From the human T2T-CHM13v2.0 reference genome, Homo sapiens: a DNA stretch of 64,000 nt. This document shows, piece after piece, positions 28,401 through 48,171 of the stretch. Under the pieces are notes generated by a model. It was given only the letters and a program-made list of their open reading frames with translations. It searched no databases and had not been told where the DNA came from. Position 1 is the stretch's first letter. Every line of letters starts with the position of its first letter. The stretch is from NCBI RefSeq assembly GCF_009914755.1, contig NC_060929.1; one strand, written 5' to 3'. The position numbers and the translations under genes are program-made.

Positions 28401-29280
28401 GCCGCCCCTCCCCCCAGGTCCTCTGACCCAGGGAGATGGGAGTTCTGTCTAATAAAACTCTGACTGGAGTTGCTGGAATTCCTGCAGAGAGGCCCTACCC
28501 AGTGAGGAGAGATGGATCTGGTTCCTACTTAAAGAAGCAGTCTGGCCATGATTTGCCATAGCCACTGTACTGTGCTGTGGGAAATTCCGCCCAGTCCAAA
28601 CCTCACAGTCTCCCTAGCACTGGCAGGGGAAAGCTACTGACTAGATCCACAGTAATGGCAGTCACCCCTCCCCTCAGGAACTCTGTCATCTTGGGCCGAC
28701 TCCAGGCTGCTGTGCTGGCCAGTGGAGATTCCAAGCCAGTGGGTCTTAGCTTGCAGGGTTCTGTGGGAGTGGGACCCACTAAGTGAGTCTGCTTGGTTCC
28801 CTGGCTTCAGCCCCCTTTCCACAGGAGTGGATGGATCTCCTGCCTCACTAGAGTTCCAGGAGCTGCCAAAGTATGCAAAAAATGCAGCTCAATGCCTGCC
28901 CCAAGTGGCTGCCTACCCTAGCAGCTGCCATGGATCTCCACAGCTTTGTGCTTGGGGCCCAGGGACCTGGTAGTGTAGGAACATGAGGGAATCTCCTGAT
29001 CCATGGGTTGAAAAACTCTGTGGGAAAAGCATAGTTCTCCAGGTGGGTAGCACAATCCCTCACTGCGGGAGTGAGGTCCCTTTGCCCCGTGAAGCTCCTG
29101 AGTAAACCATCACCCTACCCTGCTTTTTCTTGCACTCTGTGGGTTGCACCAACCACCTAGTCAGTCCCAATGAGAGAATCCCGGTATCTCAGAAAGGCAG
29201 AATTCACTCGCTGTTTACGGTCCTCTCCTTGGGAGCTGCAGACAGGAGCTGTTTCTACTTGGCCATATCGGCCCCTCCCC
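22486..29280 (-). mobile_element. Full-length degraded L1PA8-PA11-like LINE nested in L1PB
   Basis: 3' end TTTTAAGTTCCAGGGTATATGTGCAGGATG...; ORF2 fragments 22719..25645; ORF1 27236..27800; 5' terminus GGCCATATCGGCCCCTCCCC; internal ORF2 deletion near 25200. Confidence 0.9.
23765..24068 (-). mobile_element. AluS (Sz/Sx-like) inside L1
   Basis: Dimeric Alu, CpG-decayed; flanked by a ~250 bp direct repeat of L1 sequence. Confidence 0.92.
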
Positions 29281-31734
29281 TTCACAGTTGGCTTCTTCTA
29301 AGTTGTTTTTGTTTGCTTGTTTGTTTTGCAGCTGTTGTAAAAGGGGGTTGAGTTCTTGATTTTTTTCTCAGCTTGGTTGTTGTTGGTGCATAGCCGTGCT
29401 ACTGATTTTTTTACATTGATTTTGTATCCTGATACTTTGCTGAATTCATTTATCAGATGTGGGAGCTTTTTCATTGAGTAGAGATTTCTAGGTATACGAT
29501 CATATCATCACTAAAAAGCAACAGCTTGGCTTCCTTTTTACTGATTTGGATGAACTTTATTTCTTCTTGTCTGATGCTCTGTCTAGGACTTCCAGTACTG
29601 TGTTGAATACAAGTGGCAAAAGTGGGTATCCTTGTCTTGTCCCAGTTCTCAGGGCAAATGCTTTCAACATTTCCCCATTCCATATAATATTGGCCATGGG
29701 TTTTTCATAGATGGCTTTTATGATCTTGAGCTATGTCCCTTCTATGCCAATTTTGCTGAGGCTTTCAATCATAAAGGGTGCTAGATTTTCTCAAATGCTT
29801 TTTGTGCATCTATTGAGATGATCATATGATTTTTGTTTTTAATTATGTTTATCTGATGTATCACATTTATTGTTAATCCTTCCCTGATCCCTGGTATAGA
29901 ACCCACTTGATCATGGTATATTATCTTTTTAATATGCTGTTGGGTTAAGTTAGCTAGTATTTTCTTGAGGATTTTTGGATCTATATTCATCACGGTATTG
30001 GTCTGTAGTTTTCTTTTTTGTTATGTCCTTTCCTGGTTTTGGTATTAACGTGATACTGACTTCATAGAATTATTTAGGGAGGATTGCCTTGTTCTCTATC
30101 TTTTGAAGTAGTTTCAGTAAGATTGGTACCGTTTCTTCTTTGAATGTTGGATAGAACTCAGCCATGAATCCATCTGGTCCTGGACATTTTTTGTTGGCAA
30201 TTTTTAAATTATTGTTTCAGTCATGCTACTTGTTATTGGTCTGTTCAGAGCTTCTATTTCTTCCTGATTTAACCTAGGAGGGTTGTATATTTCCAGAAAT
30301 TTATCCGTCTCCTCTAGATTCTCTAGTTTTGTGTGTAAAAGTATTTATAGCAACCTTGAATAGTCTTTTGCATTTCTGTGGTATCAGTTGTAGTATCTCC
30401 CTTTTCATTTCTAATTGAGTTTTCTTGGATCTTCTCTCTTCTTTTCTTGGTTAATCTCACTATTGGTGTATCAATTTTGCTTATCTTTCCAAAGAAACAG
30501 CTTTTTGTTTCATTTGTCTTTTGTATTTGTTTCCATTTCATTTAGTTCTGCTCTGGTCTTTGTTATTTCTTCTATTCTGCTGGGTTTGGGTTTGGTTTGT
30601 TCTTATTTCTATAGTTCCCTGAGGTGTGAGCTTGAGGTTAAGATTGTCTGTTTGCACTGTTCCAGACTCCATGATGTGGGCATTTAATGCTATAAACTTT
30701 CCTCTTAGCACAGCTTTTGCTGTATCCCAGAGGTTTTGATACATTGTATCACTATTTGTTCAACTCAAAGAATTTTTTAATTTCCACCTTGATTTCATTG
30801 TTGACCCAAAGATCATTCAAGAGCAAATTATTTAATTTCCATGTATTTGTATAGTTTTAAGGGTTCCTTTTGGAGTTAATTTCCAGGTTTTTTCCACTAT
30901 GGTCTGAGAGGATACTTGATATAATTTTGATTTTCTTAAATTTACTGAGACTTGTTTTGTGACCTATCATATGATTTATCTTGGAGAATGTTCCATGTGC
31001 TGAAGAAAAGAATGTATATTCTGCAGTTGTTGGATAGAATGTTCTGTAAATATCTGTTAAGTCCGTATGTTGTAGGGCATAGTTTAAGTCCATTGTTTCT
31101 TTGCTGACTTTATGTCTTGATCACCTGTCTAGTGCTGTCAGTAGAGTACTGAAGTCCCCCACTATTACTGTGTTGTCATCTATCTGATTTCCTAGGTCTA
31201 GTAGCAATTGTTTTATAAATTTGGGAGTGCCAGTGTTAGGTACATATACATTTAGGATTGTGATATTTTCCTGTTGGACTAATCCTTTTATTATTATATA
31301 ATGTCCCTCTTTGTCTTTTTTTATTTTTTATTTTTTTTCTTTGTTGCTTTAAAGTCTGTTTTGTTTGATATAAGAATAAAAGAATAGCTATTCCTGCTTG
31401 CTTGGTTTCCATTTGCATGGAATATCTTTTTCTACTCCTATACCTTAAGTTTATGTGAGTGCTTATGTTTTAGGTGAGTCTCTTGAAGACAGCAGATACT
31501 TGGTAGGTTGATATTTATCCATTCTGTATCTTTTAAGTGAAGCATTTAGGCCATTTACATTCAACATTAGTATCGAGATGTGAGGTATTGTTCTATTCAA
31601 TACTAAAGCTGTTGCCTTAATACCTTCTGTTATTTTTTTCATTGTGTTATTGTTTTATAGGCCCTGTGATCTTTATCCTTTAAGGAGGTTCTATTTTGGT
31701 ATATTTCCAGGGTTTGTTTCAAGATTTAGAACTC

Positions 31735-32004
31735 GGCTGGGTATGGTGGCTCACATCTGTAATCCAAGCACTTTGGGAGGCCAAGGCGGGTGGATCACTT
31801 GAGGTCAGGAGTTCAAGACCAGCCTGACCAACATGGGGAAATCCTGTCTCTACTAAAATTACAAAAACTAGCTGGGCATGGTGCCATGCACCTGTAATCC
31901 CAGCTACTCAGGAGGCTGAGGCAGGAGAATCACTTGAACCCAGGAGACGGAGGTTGCAGTGAGCTGAGATCATGCCACTGCACTCCAGCCTGGGTGACAG
32001 AGTG
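31735..32004 (+). mobile_element. AluS (Sx/Sz-like) lacking a poly-A tail
   Basis: Ends CAGAGTG(AGA) directly into the TSD AGATTTAGAACTC (31722-31734 and 32005-32017). Confidence 0.93.
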
Positions 32005-34601
32005 AGATTTAGAACTCCTTTTAACATTTCTTGTAGTGCTGGCTTGATAGTGGCAAATTCTCTCAGCATTTGTTTGTTTGAAAAAGATTTTATCTCTCCT
32101 TCATTTATGAAGCTTAGTTTTGCCAAATACAAAGTTCTTGGCTGGTAATTGTTTTGTTTCAGGAGAGTAAAGATGGGACCCCAATTCCTTCTGGCTTATA
32201 AGGTTTCTCCTGAGAAATCTGCTGTTAATCTGATAGGTTTTTCTTTTAGAGGTTATCAGATGCTTTTGTCTTACAGCTCTTAAGATTATTTTGTTCATCT
32301 AGACTTTAGATAACTTGATGACTATGTGCCTAGGTGATTATCTTTTTGTGATGAATTTCCTGGGTGTTTTTTGAGCTTCTTTTATTTGGATGTCTAGATC
32401 TCTAGCAATGCCAGGGAAGTTTTCCTCAATTATTCCCTCCAATAAGTTTTCCAAACTTTTGAATTCTCTTTCTCCTCAGGAACATGAATTATTCTCAGGT
32501 TTGGATGTTTAACATAATCTCAAATTTCTTGGAGGCATTGTTCATTTTTTTAAAATTCTTTTATCTTTGTCTTTGTCAGATTGGGTTAATTCAAAAGCCT
32601 TTTCTTCCAGCTCTGATGTTCTTTCTTCTACTTGTTGTATTCTACTGTTGAAACTTTTCAGTGTGTTTTGCCTTTCTCTAAGTTTATCTTTAGTGTCCAG
32701 AAGTTGTGATTGTTTTTTCTTTATGGTATCTATTTCTCTGGAGAATTTTTCTCCTATAATATGTATTTTTAAAAAATTTCCTTAAGTTGATTTCACCTTT
32801 CTCTGGTATTTCCTTGAGTAGCTTGATAATCAACTTTCTGAATTCTTTATCTGGCAAGTCTGAGATTTCTTCCTGGTTCACATCCATTGCTGGGGAGCTA
32901 GTGTAATCTTTTGGGGGGCGTTATACTAATAGAACCCTGTTTTGTCATATTAGCAGAATTACTTTTCTGTTTGCTTCTCAATTGGGTACACTATTTCTGT
33001 GGAGAGGTCTGAAACTCAATGCCTGATGTTCAGATTATCTTGTCCCATGAGGTGATTCTTTGATGTGGTGTTCTCCCCCTTCCTCTAGCGATGGGGCATC
33101 CTGAGAGCTGAACTGCAGACATTGTTATCACTCTTCTGGGTCTAGCCACCCAGAGGCGCCAATAGGCTCCAGCCTGTTGCTAGGGAATGTCTGCAAACAG
33201 TCCTATGATGTGATCCATCTTCATGTCTCCCAGCCATGGATACCAGCTCCTGCTCTAGTAGAGGTGGCAGGGAAATGAAGTCAACTGTGAGAGTCCTTGA
33301 TTATAGATACATTTAGTATGCTGGCTTTCTTAAATGCTGGTTAAATTAACAGTGAAGTTTTCACATAGACACACTTGAGACCTCTGGTTAGCTAGTATGT
33401 TGCAGGCATTGGAATTAGGTGTTGTGTTCTCCTTCCTAGGATCAAGGTTACTCTGTCATGAGTTGCTATAATGGCTTGAGTTGGTTGGCCTCCAGCCAGG
33501 AGGTGGTGCTTTCAAGACAGTACCAGCGGCAGTAGTAGTAGGGGCATCTAAGCTTGCCCTAAGTTGTCCAGGGGAGGTACGTTGGTTTCTCAGGTGATGG
33601 ATGGGGTCATAAAACTCCCAAGAGTTTCTGTCTTTTGTGTTTGGCTACCAACGCAGGTAGAGAAATACTATCAGGTAGAAACAGGGTTAGGCAAGTCTGG
33701 GCTCAGACTCTCCTTGGGTAGGGCTTGTCATGGCCACTGTGGGGGATGAAAGGTGGTTCTCAGGCCAACGAGATGATGTTCCAGAAGGGATCTTGGCCAC
33801 CTGTGCTGTATCATATAGTTTGCCAGGGAAGTGGGGGATAGCCAGTAGCAAGAGGCCTCACACAGCTCCCACACAGTCGGTGGGCCAGTCTTACTCCTGC
33901 AGTGCCCTGCTCAGACTTTGCCCCAGGCCCTGAGCTTCCCTACTGAAAAAGCAAGCATGGCTTTCAGGCCTTACCCCTCCCTGTCTGCCCAATCCATCAG
34001 TGGCAGCTCCTGCACCCTGCACTTGCATCTGCAGCTGCTCCTGCTCATCTCCTCAATTCCACTCAAGAAAATTGTGCCCAGTTGAAAACACTACCAATTT
34101 CACTTGGAAGCTTCTTTTGCCCTGTGACCCATCCCCAATTCCACTGGCTGCCTTCCTTGAGAGCCTCTGTTAAGTATAGTCAGGGATGGCTTCCCTGGGC
34201 TCGAGCTAGAGACTGGGAGTGCCTGTCAGGCCCCTCCCATTACTATTTATACTTTTATATTTCACATGACGCCCTAAGTCTGTTTCAGCTCTAGGTAAGG
34301 TTAAATCCTTCTCCTGTGATCTGAATGTTCAGATTCCCCAGGGGAGCTGTGTGTTTGGAGGCAGGTTTCCCCACCTCACACTTTGGGAACTCAGTTTTTT
34401 ACCTGTTTTGCAGAATTGGCACTATTGTGCCACTTCTTTCAAAGAACCTGTGAATTATTTTGGTTTTCCTGGTACATTCCTGCAATGGTTCTTGGAGCAA
34501 AAAATCATAGTGTAATTCTCCATATGCTGTTCTCTCTGTCCAAGTGGGAGCGGCACATTAGCCCTGTCTCCTATCTGTCACCTTGTCTGATATCCCTCTC
34601 C

Positions 34602-35392
34602 TTTTTGTCATTTCTTAATACAAATTTAAATCAGTCATTTTTTGACATTCCTTTTTATTAATATAATCATTTAAATCCATGCATTTTCCTCAAATTAACA
34701 TTTTAGAAATGCTCCATTAATTTTTATATTCTGAAATGTCATTTTCATTTCCCAAACTTTTTCTATTTCCCCTTGTGAGATGTTCTTTGTCTCATGAAGT
34801 ATTTAGGCATTTATATTTAATGCAATTCTCAATATGGTTTAAATCTACCATCTTCCTTTTCTTTTTTCATTTGTCTCATTTTTTCTTATTCCTTTTTTCC
34901 TTTTTGGAGGGGATTGAGTACTTTATTATTACTCCATTTTATTTTTACAGTTAGCTTATTATTATGTCTACCTCTATGATTTCTTAGTGTTTTACTGTTA
35001 TCAATATCCATCTTTAATTAATTACAGTGTATCTTCAAATAATATACTGCTTCCCATATAAGAAACTTACAATTTATTTTCATTTGTCCCTTCTGTACTT
35101 TGGGCTATTGTCATTTTGCTTTTTAGCTCTATGTCCATTTTACTTCTGGAAATGTTACAAAACCTACACAACATTTCACTATTGTGTTTCAGACCTACTT
35201 TAGACCTGTTTTCCATTCCGAGTACTCTTGAGTTTTGTGTAGATCCAAGATTCCATATCATGTCCGTCTCTTTCTGACTGAAGAACTTACTAGAACATAT
35301 CCTATAATGAAGTTCTTCTGGCAATAAATTTTCCAATATTTATTTTTGTCTAAAATTTATTTATTTCACCTTCCTTTATGAAAAATCTTTTT
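34602..35392 (-). mobile_element. Old L1M fragments (host element continued)
   Basis: T-rich decayed L1 antisense; continues in register across the L1PA6 TSD at 41500. Confidence 0.6.
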
Positions 35393-41499
<6,107 letters not shown>

Positions 41500-41513
41500 T
41501 GAAAAATCTTTTT

Positions 41514-43050
41514 ACTGGATATAGAGTTCTATATCCTGCTTACCCACCCTTCACACTTATATATCATTTCTGTGTAACTTGGCTTGATCAGTTTCTAGTG
41601 AGAATCACACAATCATTCTTTTCTTTGTTCCTCTGTGACTAAATGTGTTTTTATTTTTTCTTCTGGTCTTTAATATTTTCTCTTTATTACTAGTTTTGGA
41701 CAATTTATAATGTGTTTTGTTGTAAGCATCTGTGAATTTATCCTGCTTGAGTTTCTTTGAGCTTCTTACATCTGTGGGCATTTAGTTTTCATCATTTTTG
41801 GTTATTTTTTGTCCACTATGTGTTTACATATTTTCTTTTCCCCTCTTTTTCTGGGACTTCAAGTGTGTGTGTGTGTGTGTGCACGTGTGCAGGTGCGTGC
41901 ATGTGACTGCTCTCCCATAGTTCACTGAGCCTCTGTTCATTTTTCTTTTCAGTCATTTTTGTTTCACTTTTAATATTTATATTATTTTGTCTTCAAAATC
42001 TTTAATCTTTGCTTCTTCAATGTCTAACCTGCAGATCGTTCCATCCTATAAAAGTTTCATCTCTAGAAGTTCTATTTGGTTCTATCATTATGTTTACATT
42101 TTTCTTTACATCATCGAGAATATTTAATACTTTTATATTCATATTCTATGTGTGTTCATGTATAAAATAGTTTTAAAGCCTTGCCTGCTAATTCCATGAT
42201 CATTCTCATTTCTGTGTCTGTTTTTAGTGACAGATTTTTCTTCTGGTTAAGGATCATATTTTCCAGCTTTCTTCAAATGTCTAGTAATTCTTCTTTGAAT
42301 GTCAGACATTAATTTTATGTTGGTAAGTGCTGAATTTCATTTAAGTAATGTTGGACTTTGTTCTGGCAGGCATTTAAATTACTTGCAGATCAGCATATTT
42401 TTCAGGCATATTCTAAAGCTTTTTTAGAGTGGGTCTAGAATTACCTTTACACTGAGGTAACTTAGCCCCCACTACTAAGGCATGACCTTTCTGGGATTTC
42501 TATTGACTGCATTACATATTCAGTGATATCGCTCCACTTTGGCTAGTAGGAACTCAGATAATTCCTAGCCCTGTGTAAGTTCTGTGAGTTATTCAGCTTC
42601 TGGTTCTCCACTAATTTTTCTCTCCCAGGTAGTTTTTCTTTACCTGACTTAATAAAGTTCTACCTTTATGTTCACTGATTTGTATTCAGCCAAAGATTCA
42701 AGGACCTTATTATATAGATTTCTGGAGCACTTTTTGTGCATAGCAACTTGTTCTCTGGAAATCTTAGCAGCAAATTCTAGCCACCTCACCTTCTTGATCT
42801 CTGGTCTTGGTTTTTTCAACCCATTAAGACTATACGGCTTTGTTTGTATTTCTCCTCCCTTCACTGCAGTCTAGAAATTCTAGGCAGAAAGCTAAGGGCA
42901 ACTATAGATTTCATTTTATATGCTTCCCTTCTATTAGGAATCCTAGTCCTGTGATTCCTGTTAAACAATTTCTGAAAATAGGTTTTTCAGCTATTTTTCC
43001 TGTTTTCTAGTTGTTTTGTCAAGAGAGGAAGACCCACAGTAGTTTCTCAT
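41514..43050 (-). mobile_element. Old L1M ORF1/5'-region remnants, with (GT)n at 41863-41881
   Basis: Decayed L1M antisense motifs (GAGTTTCTTTGAGCTTCTTACATCTGTGGG, CCCATAGTTCACTGAGCCTCTGTTCATTTT); boundary approximate. Confidence 0.6.
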
Positions 43051-45634
43051 TCATGAGTGAAAGAGCACGTCCCCATGGTAATTGGTCTTTTGTAGAGATA
43101 CTGCATTTTCTTTGGGACAATTTTATTGTTGGCTCTGTTAAGAGATACAGTATTCATAGCTACAGAGCATATTTTACCTAGTTTTTTCACTGAGGGGTTC
43201 CAAAAGTATCATAAAAGTCAAAGGCTTCTTGATAGTAGTATTTTCATGCATGGTGCAGGATGAGTGACCATAATTTATGCCCTTCCGTGGAATAAAAAGG
43301 ACGAGTGTTTCCAATGGGATGTATGTTTGCAGCTCCTGGTTTTGTGCAACGAGCTGAGGAATAGCCCCTCTAGTACATGGTCTGTAACTTTAAATCCTGT
43401 TTTTGTGTTGCCATCAAAGTCCTAGCCTCTAAAGCATTTACCATAATGGGCCACACAGTTTCAATTCCCACTTGCCATTGCTTGTTTCCACTTTATTTCC
43501 AGCTCCTAGAGATTTGAGTTTCTTGTTTTGAAACTCAGCTATGTGATTTTATACAGCTATAAAATGGTAATTCGTTTTCTGTAATTCAATGTGTTTGTAA
43601 AGAAAGAATGCTTTTCAACATCAGTTCTGCCTACCATTTGATTATTAGTGTTCCAAAATTTTTACATGATGCAACTGCAATTCAAAAAGAGTATGTGATT
43701 TTTATCAGGGTAGAGACTGATTAGTAAGAGGTTAGTAGAAGGACAGAACAGTCACACCTTTTAAATTTAAAAAAAATCAACAAGTATTTTGTTGCACTTC
43801 AATTAATATTGAATTGAAATTTTTCATTTACTGCCCCACAGCAAAAAGTAAATCTAGCTTGAGTGCTGCAAGTATACAGCATTTGGGAATTAGCACATAA
43901 TAAATATTTATAATTGTTGGATGATTAAAAATAGCAGAAGTATGTTGAAAAATCAATTTTTTAAACAAGTATTAGAAGCAAGGAGCAGAAGATAAAACTA
44001 TTGCTAAGAAGTTTAGTATTATTACTTTCAAGTGTGTGGAGGATTAAGTCTGAAGCTTATGGAAATCCATATATAAGCCTTTTAATGACTAAATTTTTAA
44101 AATTTATTATTGATATATTCAGTTTTTTTAATATTGCAAACGATTTTGCTAGTATCTTTCCTCAATAAGTCTATGTGCTCTCACCCTACCTTTGTCAAGT
44201 TTAACAGAGTTCATTTTGTTCAGAAAAATGTTCCAGTACATGTCCAAATTTGGTGACTATAATTTTCCTCTGGTGAAATTGCCATATTTTATTATGCTTG
44301 TTTTCCATTTTCTAAAAGAACATTTATTTTTAAAGTTTACAATAATAAAATTGGATGTCCTTGAAAAAATATGGGATTTAAACAGTATTCCTTTGTAATT
44401 TCTGTTAAGCAGATTGGCTGGTTATTTTCAAAGTGGAGATTGTGTCAATCAATATCAATTGCATTGTCTTCTCCAGGTTTGTCAGACACTGTTCCAATAT
44501 AATCCAACTTTTTAAAACATTTGAGATAATTACTCCTACATCTTTTTCCACATTCTAGGCCAGATACAGAAATAAATGAATGTTAGAAGTATAGTTAGCC
44601 AATTTGCATGTATAAATGTCTAGTCCATTTATATCAATCCAAATATGTCTCCCTTAATTTAATTTAAGACTAAGTGCTTTAAATTGATATGATTTTAAAA
44701 AGGAAAAGATAAAATAGCATTATTTATAGTCACTAAAATAATCCATGAAAGATTAGGAATAAAAGCTTAAATTTTGATTAAATGACCAATTGAAAACAGA
44801 GAATAGTTACAGACTGAGCCTCAATCGTAGAGAAGCCATGACACTTAGGATGAGAAGCATGAGCTAATTCATACAAATAATAAAAAGTTACTAATATGAT
44901 GAAGTCTGCTGAATTCTAAATTGCTACTGGGTAATTTTTCAGTTAAGTATAAATTTAGCATCTGGCACATTCATCCAACTTGAATACATGTCATGTGGTT
45001 AAATAAAATATGAAGAGCTATTTAAAATTTGAAAGATGTAGACTAAATGCTACTAAACTGTTTAGCATTCCACATTTTCATTCCTGAAAATCTAACTTCT
45101 CTTCAGGTTTTTCTTTCTTCTCTAATAGTAGCCTTAACATAATTTCTAAAGTGAGAAAAATAGTGGGATAAATCATGAAAAATAAAAATATGAATTCCAA
45201 ATAGTTGCATTTACAAAACACTAAGCCATGCTCAACAAAACTTTTTTTAGGAACTCAATCTTAGAAATGTTTTCTAATATTATTCTTTCATAAATGATAG
45301 TTAATAAAGAATAAGCATCTTGCATTTATGTTTTCAGAAGGACTTATAATAATATTTAAGCAAACATGCTCATCAACAGAGAGAAATAAGTGTCTGAAGA
45401 ACAGTCCCACAGGAAAATCATTTTTTAAATAAATTTTATCCTTTTATGACAGCCATTTTAGTACCATATATCTTAAAAATTAAAATAATTACTCTGAAAA
45501 TGCCCTACTGCCCATTAGTTGTGGTGGCGATACTTTAGAACCACTATGAATATCATCAGCAGAAGGCTTGTGCTTCCACAAAACCGAATATCATGCAGAT
45601 ATTAAAAGAGTAAGTCAGCCGGGTGCCTAGATTC

Positions 45635-45887
45635 CTGTATTCAAGGGCAGGAAGCATCCAGCACAGGAGAAAGATGTAGGCTGGGAAGCTAGGCCAGTCT
45701 CACTTTTTCATATTTTTCTGCCTGCTTTATATTCACTGGCAGCTGATTACATTGTGCCCACAAGATTAAGGGTGGGTCTGCCTTCCCCAGCCCACTGACT
45801 CAAATGTTAATCTCCTTTGACAACACCCTCACAGACACACCCAGGATCAATACTTTGCATCCTTCAATCCAATCAAGTTGACACTCA
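45635..45887 (-). mobile_element. MLT2A LTR fragment (3' LTR of HERV-L)
   Basis: GCATCCTTCAATCCAATCAAGTTGACACTCA and GGGCAGGAAGCATCCAGCACAGGAGAAAGATG are MLT2A motifs. Confidence 0.88.
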
Positions 45888-47085
45888 TACACATCTCATA
45901 CACATCTCCTGAAATCATACATAATCTTTAAATAAAGAAAATAATAAGGTCATAATTAGGCCTAACATAATACAACTATCTTTAGTACAACCGGAAACAC
46001 ACCAATCCCCCAACTCAAATACTATTATGTAAAGTTAACAATACTTCAATTCTGAAATGAAATCAATAAATCTTATGTCACATGATGAAGTCAAAGGAAA
46101 TAAAATGAAGATATTTTCTTAGTACAGCTGTATACATCTACAAACATGATTTTAACAAAAGGAGGAAATACTCATGACAGTTACAGTCCTCATTTCTGCA
46201 GCTGGTCATGTGGTTCTAGCAGGTATTGATAACTATCTTCTTCTACTACCCATTCTGCATTCCCTTTGCCTTCAGCAAGCACCTCAGCAGGTCATATTTT
46301 TTTCCTGGTATAGTGACCCAAACCTTCATTCCTGAGGGGTCTGGACCATTTGTAGTCCTTCCTGGATTGAGTTATTGTAGTTTCCCATTGACCTTAAACA
46401 CAGGGCATGGTAATACTAAGAGATGCCCTAATGGATCTCCTGTATTCCATGTATACTCTTCCTTACCTCTGTTTTGGAGCAGTAGACTGATTTCATCTTG
46501 ATGATCTGGGTCAGTCACCCCAGCCAACAGTGTAACTCCCTTTTTAGCCTGTTGACTTAAAGGTAGGAGGATCCCAAAGTGTCCAGGTGGCAATCTTTAA
46601 CTACCAGTTTAATGGAATCATTGTTTTGTCTCCTGGTGGCACTATTCCTCCATCTGGAACTAAGACCTATAGGCCAGCAGAATGTAATGTCACAGGAACA
46701 TGAAACAAAAATTTTGCTATTGGAACACTAGGGGTGATGGTGAGTGGTGCCACTTCCACTTGCAGCCCTTGATTCCTGGACCGATGAATCCTGTCTATGG
46801 GAGAAACAGTACCATATACTGGACACTAATTCAGAGCATACACGGCCTTCTGGAGAACTTTGCCCCAGCCCTGCAAAGTAATGTCACTGTACACTGTTGG
46901 CACTGTAATTGTGACTTCAAAAGGCCATTCCACTGTTCTGTCAATCTAGCTGTTTCAGGATGATGAGGAACATGGTAAAACCAGTGAATTCCATGAGCAT
47001 GAGCCCACTGCTGCACTTCTTTAGCTGTAAAGTGAGTGTCTTGGTCAGAGGCAATGCTGTGTGGAATACCATGATAGTGGATAAG

Positions 47086-48171
47086 TATCGGGGGAACCAG
47101 CCCCCAATATTTCAACATAGGTTCTTTTCTATTTTCCCTAAGTGTCAGCTGGTCTGAGAAATAAAGGGAAAGAGTACAAAAGAGAGAAATTTTAAAGCTG
47201 AGTGTCCGGGGGAGATGTCACATGTCGGCAGATTCTGTGATGCCCCCTGAGCCACAAAACCAGCAAGTTTTTATTATGGATTTCAAAAGGGGAGGGGTGT
47301 ACGAATAGGGTGTGGGTCACAGAAATCACATGCTTCAAGGGCAACAAAATATCACAAGGCAAATGGGCAGGGCAAGGTCAGAAGGCCAGGGCAAAATTAG
47401 AATTACTGATAAGGTACCCTGTCCCACTGTGCATGCATTGTCATTGATAAACATCTTAACAGGAAACAGGGTTCAAGAGCAGAGAACCAGTCTGACTAGA
47501 ATTTCGCCAGGCTGGAATTTCCCAATCCTAACAAGCCTGGGGGTGCTGTAGGAGACCAGGGTATATTTCATCCCTTATCTACAACTGCATAAGACAGACA
47601 CTCCCAGAGCGGCCATTTTAGGGGCCTGTCAGTGGGAGTGCATTCTTTTCCCAGGGCTGTTCCTTGCTGAGAAAAAGAATTCAGTGATATTTCTCTTATT
47701 CGCTTTTGCAAGAAGAGAAATATGACTCTGTTCTGCCCCGCCCCGCCCCGCAGGCAGTCAGACTTTATGGTTATTTCCCTTGTTCCCTGAAAATCACTGT
47801 TATCCTGTTCTTTTAGGATGCCCAGATTTCATATTGTTCAAACACGCATGTTTTACAAACAATTTATACAGATAACATAATCATCACAGGGTCCTGAGGT
47901 GACATACATCCTTACTTTACAAAGATGATGGGATTAAGAGATTAAAGTAAAGACAGGCATAGGAAATTATAAGAGTATTGATTGAGAAGTCAGAAATGTC
48001 CATGAAATCTTCACAATTTATGTTCAGAGACTGCAGTAAAGACAGGCGTAAGAAATTATAAAAGTATTAATTTAGGGAATTAATAAATGTCCATGAAATC
48101 TTCACAATTTATGTTCTTCTGCTGTGGCTTCACCCAGTCCCTCTATTCAGGGTCCCTGACTTCCCACAACA
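47086..48171 (-). mobile_element. MER11 solo LTR (ERVK/HML-8 group)
   Basis: Reverse complement starts TGTTGTGGGAAGTCAGGGACCC and ends GGTTCCCCCGATA; 6 bp TSD GATAAG/GATAAT; internal ~90 bp tandem repeat near 47946-48117. Confidence 0.9.

Larger units (their letters stand above)
19995..34600 (-). mobile_element. Near full-length L1PB1-like LINE (~6.8 kb net), interrupted by MER50, a younger L1 and an Alu
   Basis: L1PB-type 3' end (GGTTACATAGATAAGTTCTTTAGTGGTAATTTCTGATATTTTGGTGCACC); ORF2 fragments 22030..22452 and 29471..31093; ORF1 fragments 31908..32887; 5' UTR to ~34600. Confidence 0.88.

Noticed and set aside
29281-29295. 15 extra bases between the L1PA8-like 5' end and its probable TSD (possible 5' transduction)
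   Set aside because: Too short, and the TSD too degenerate, to distinguish from untemplated or decayed sequence
47946-48117. ~90 bp tandem repeat
   Set aside because: Appears to be an intrinsic feature of MER11 LTRs
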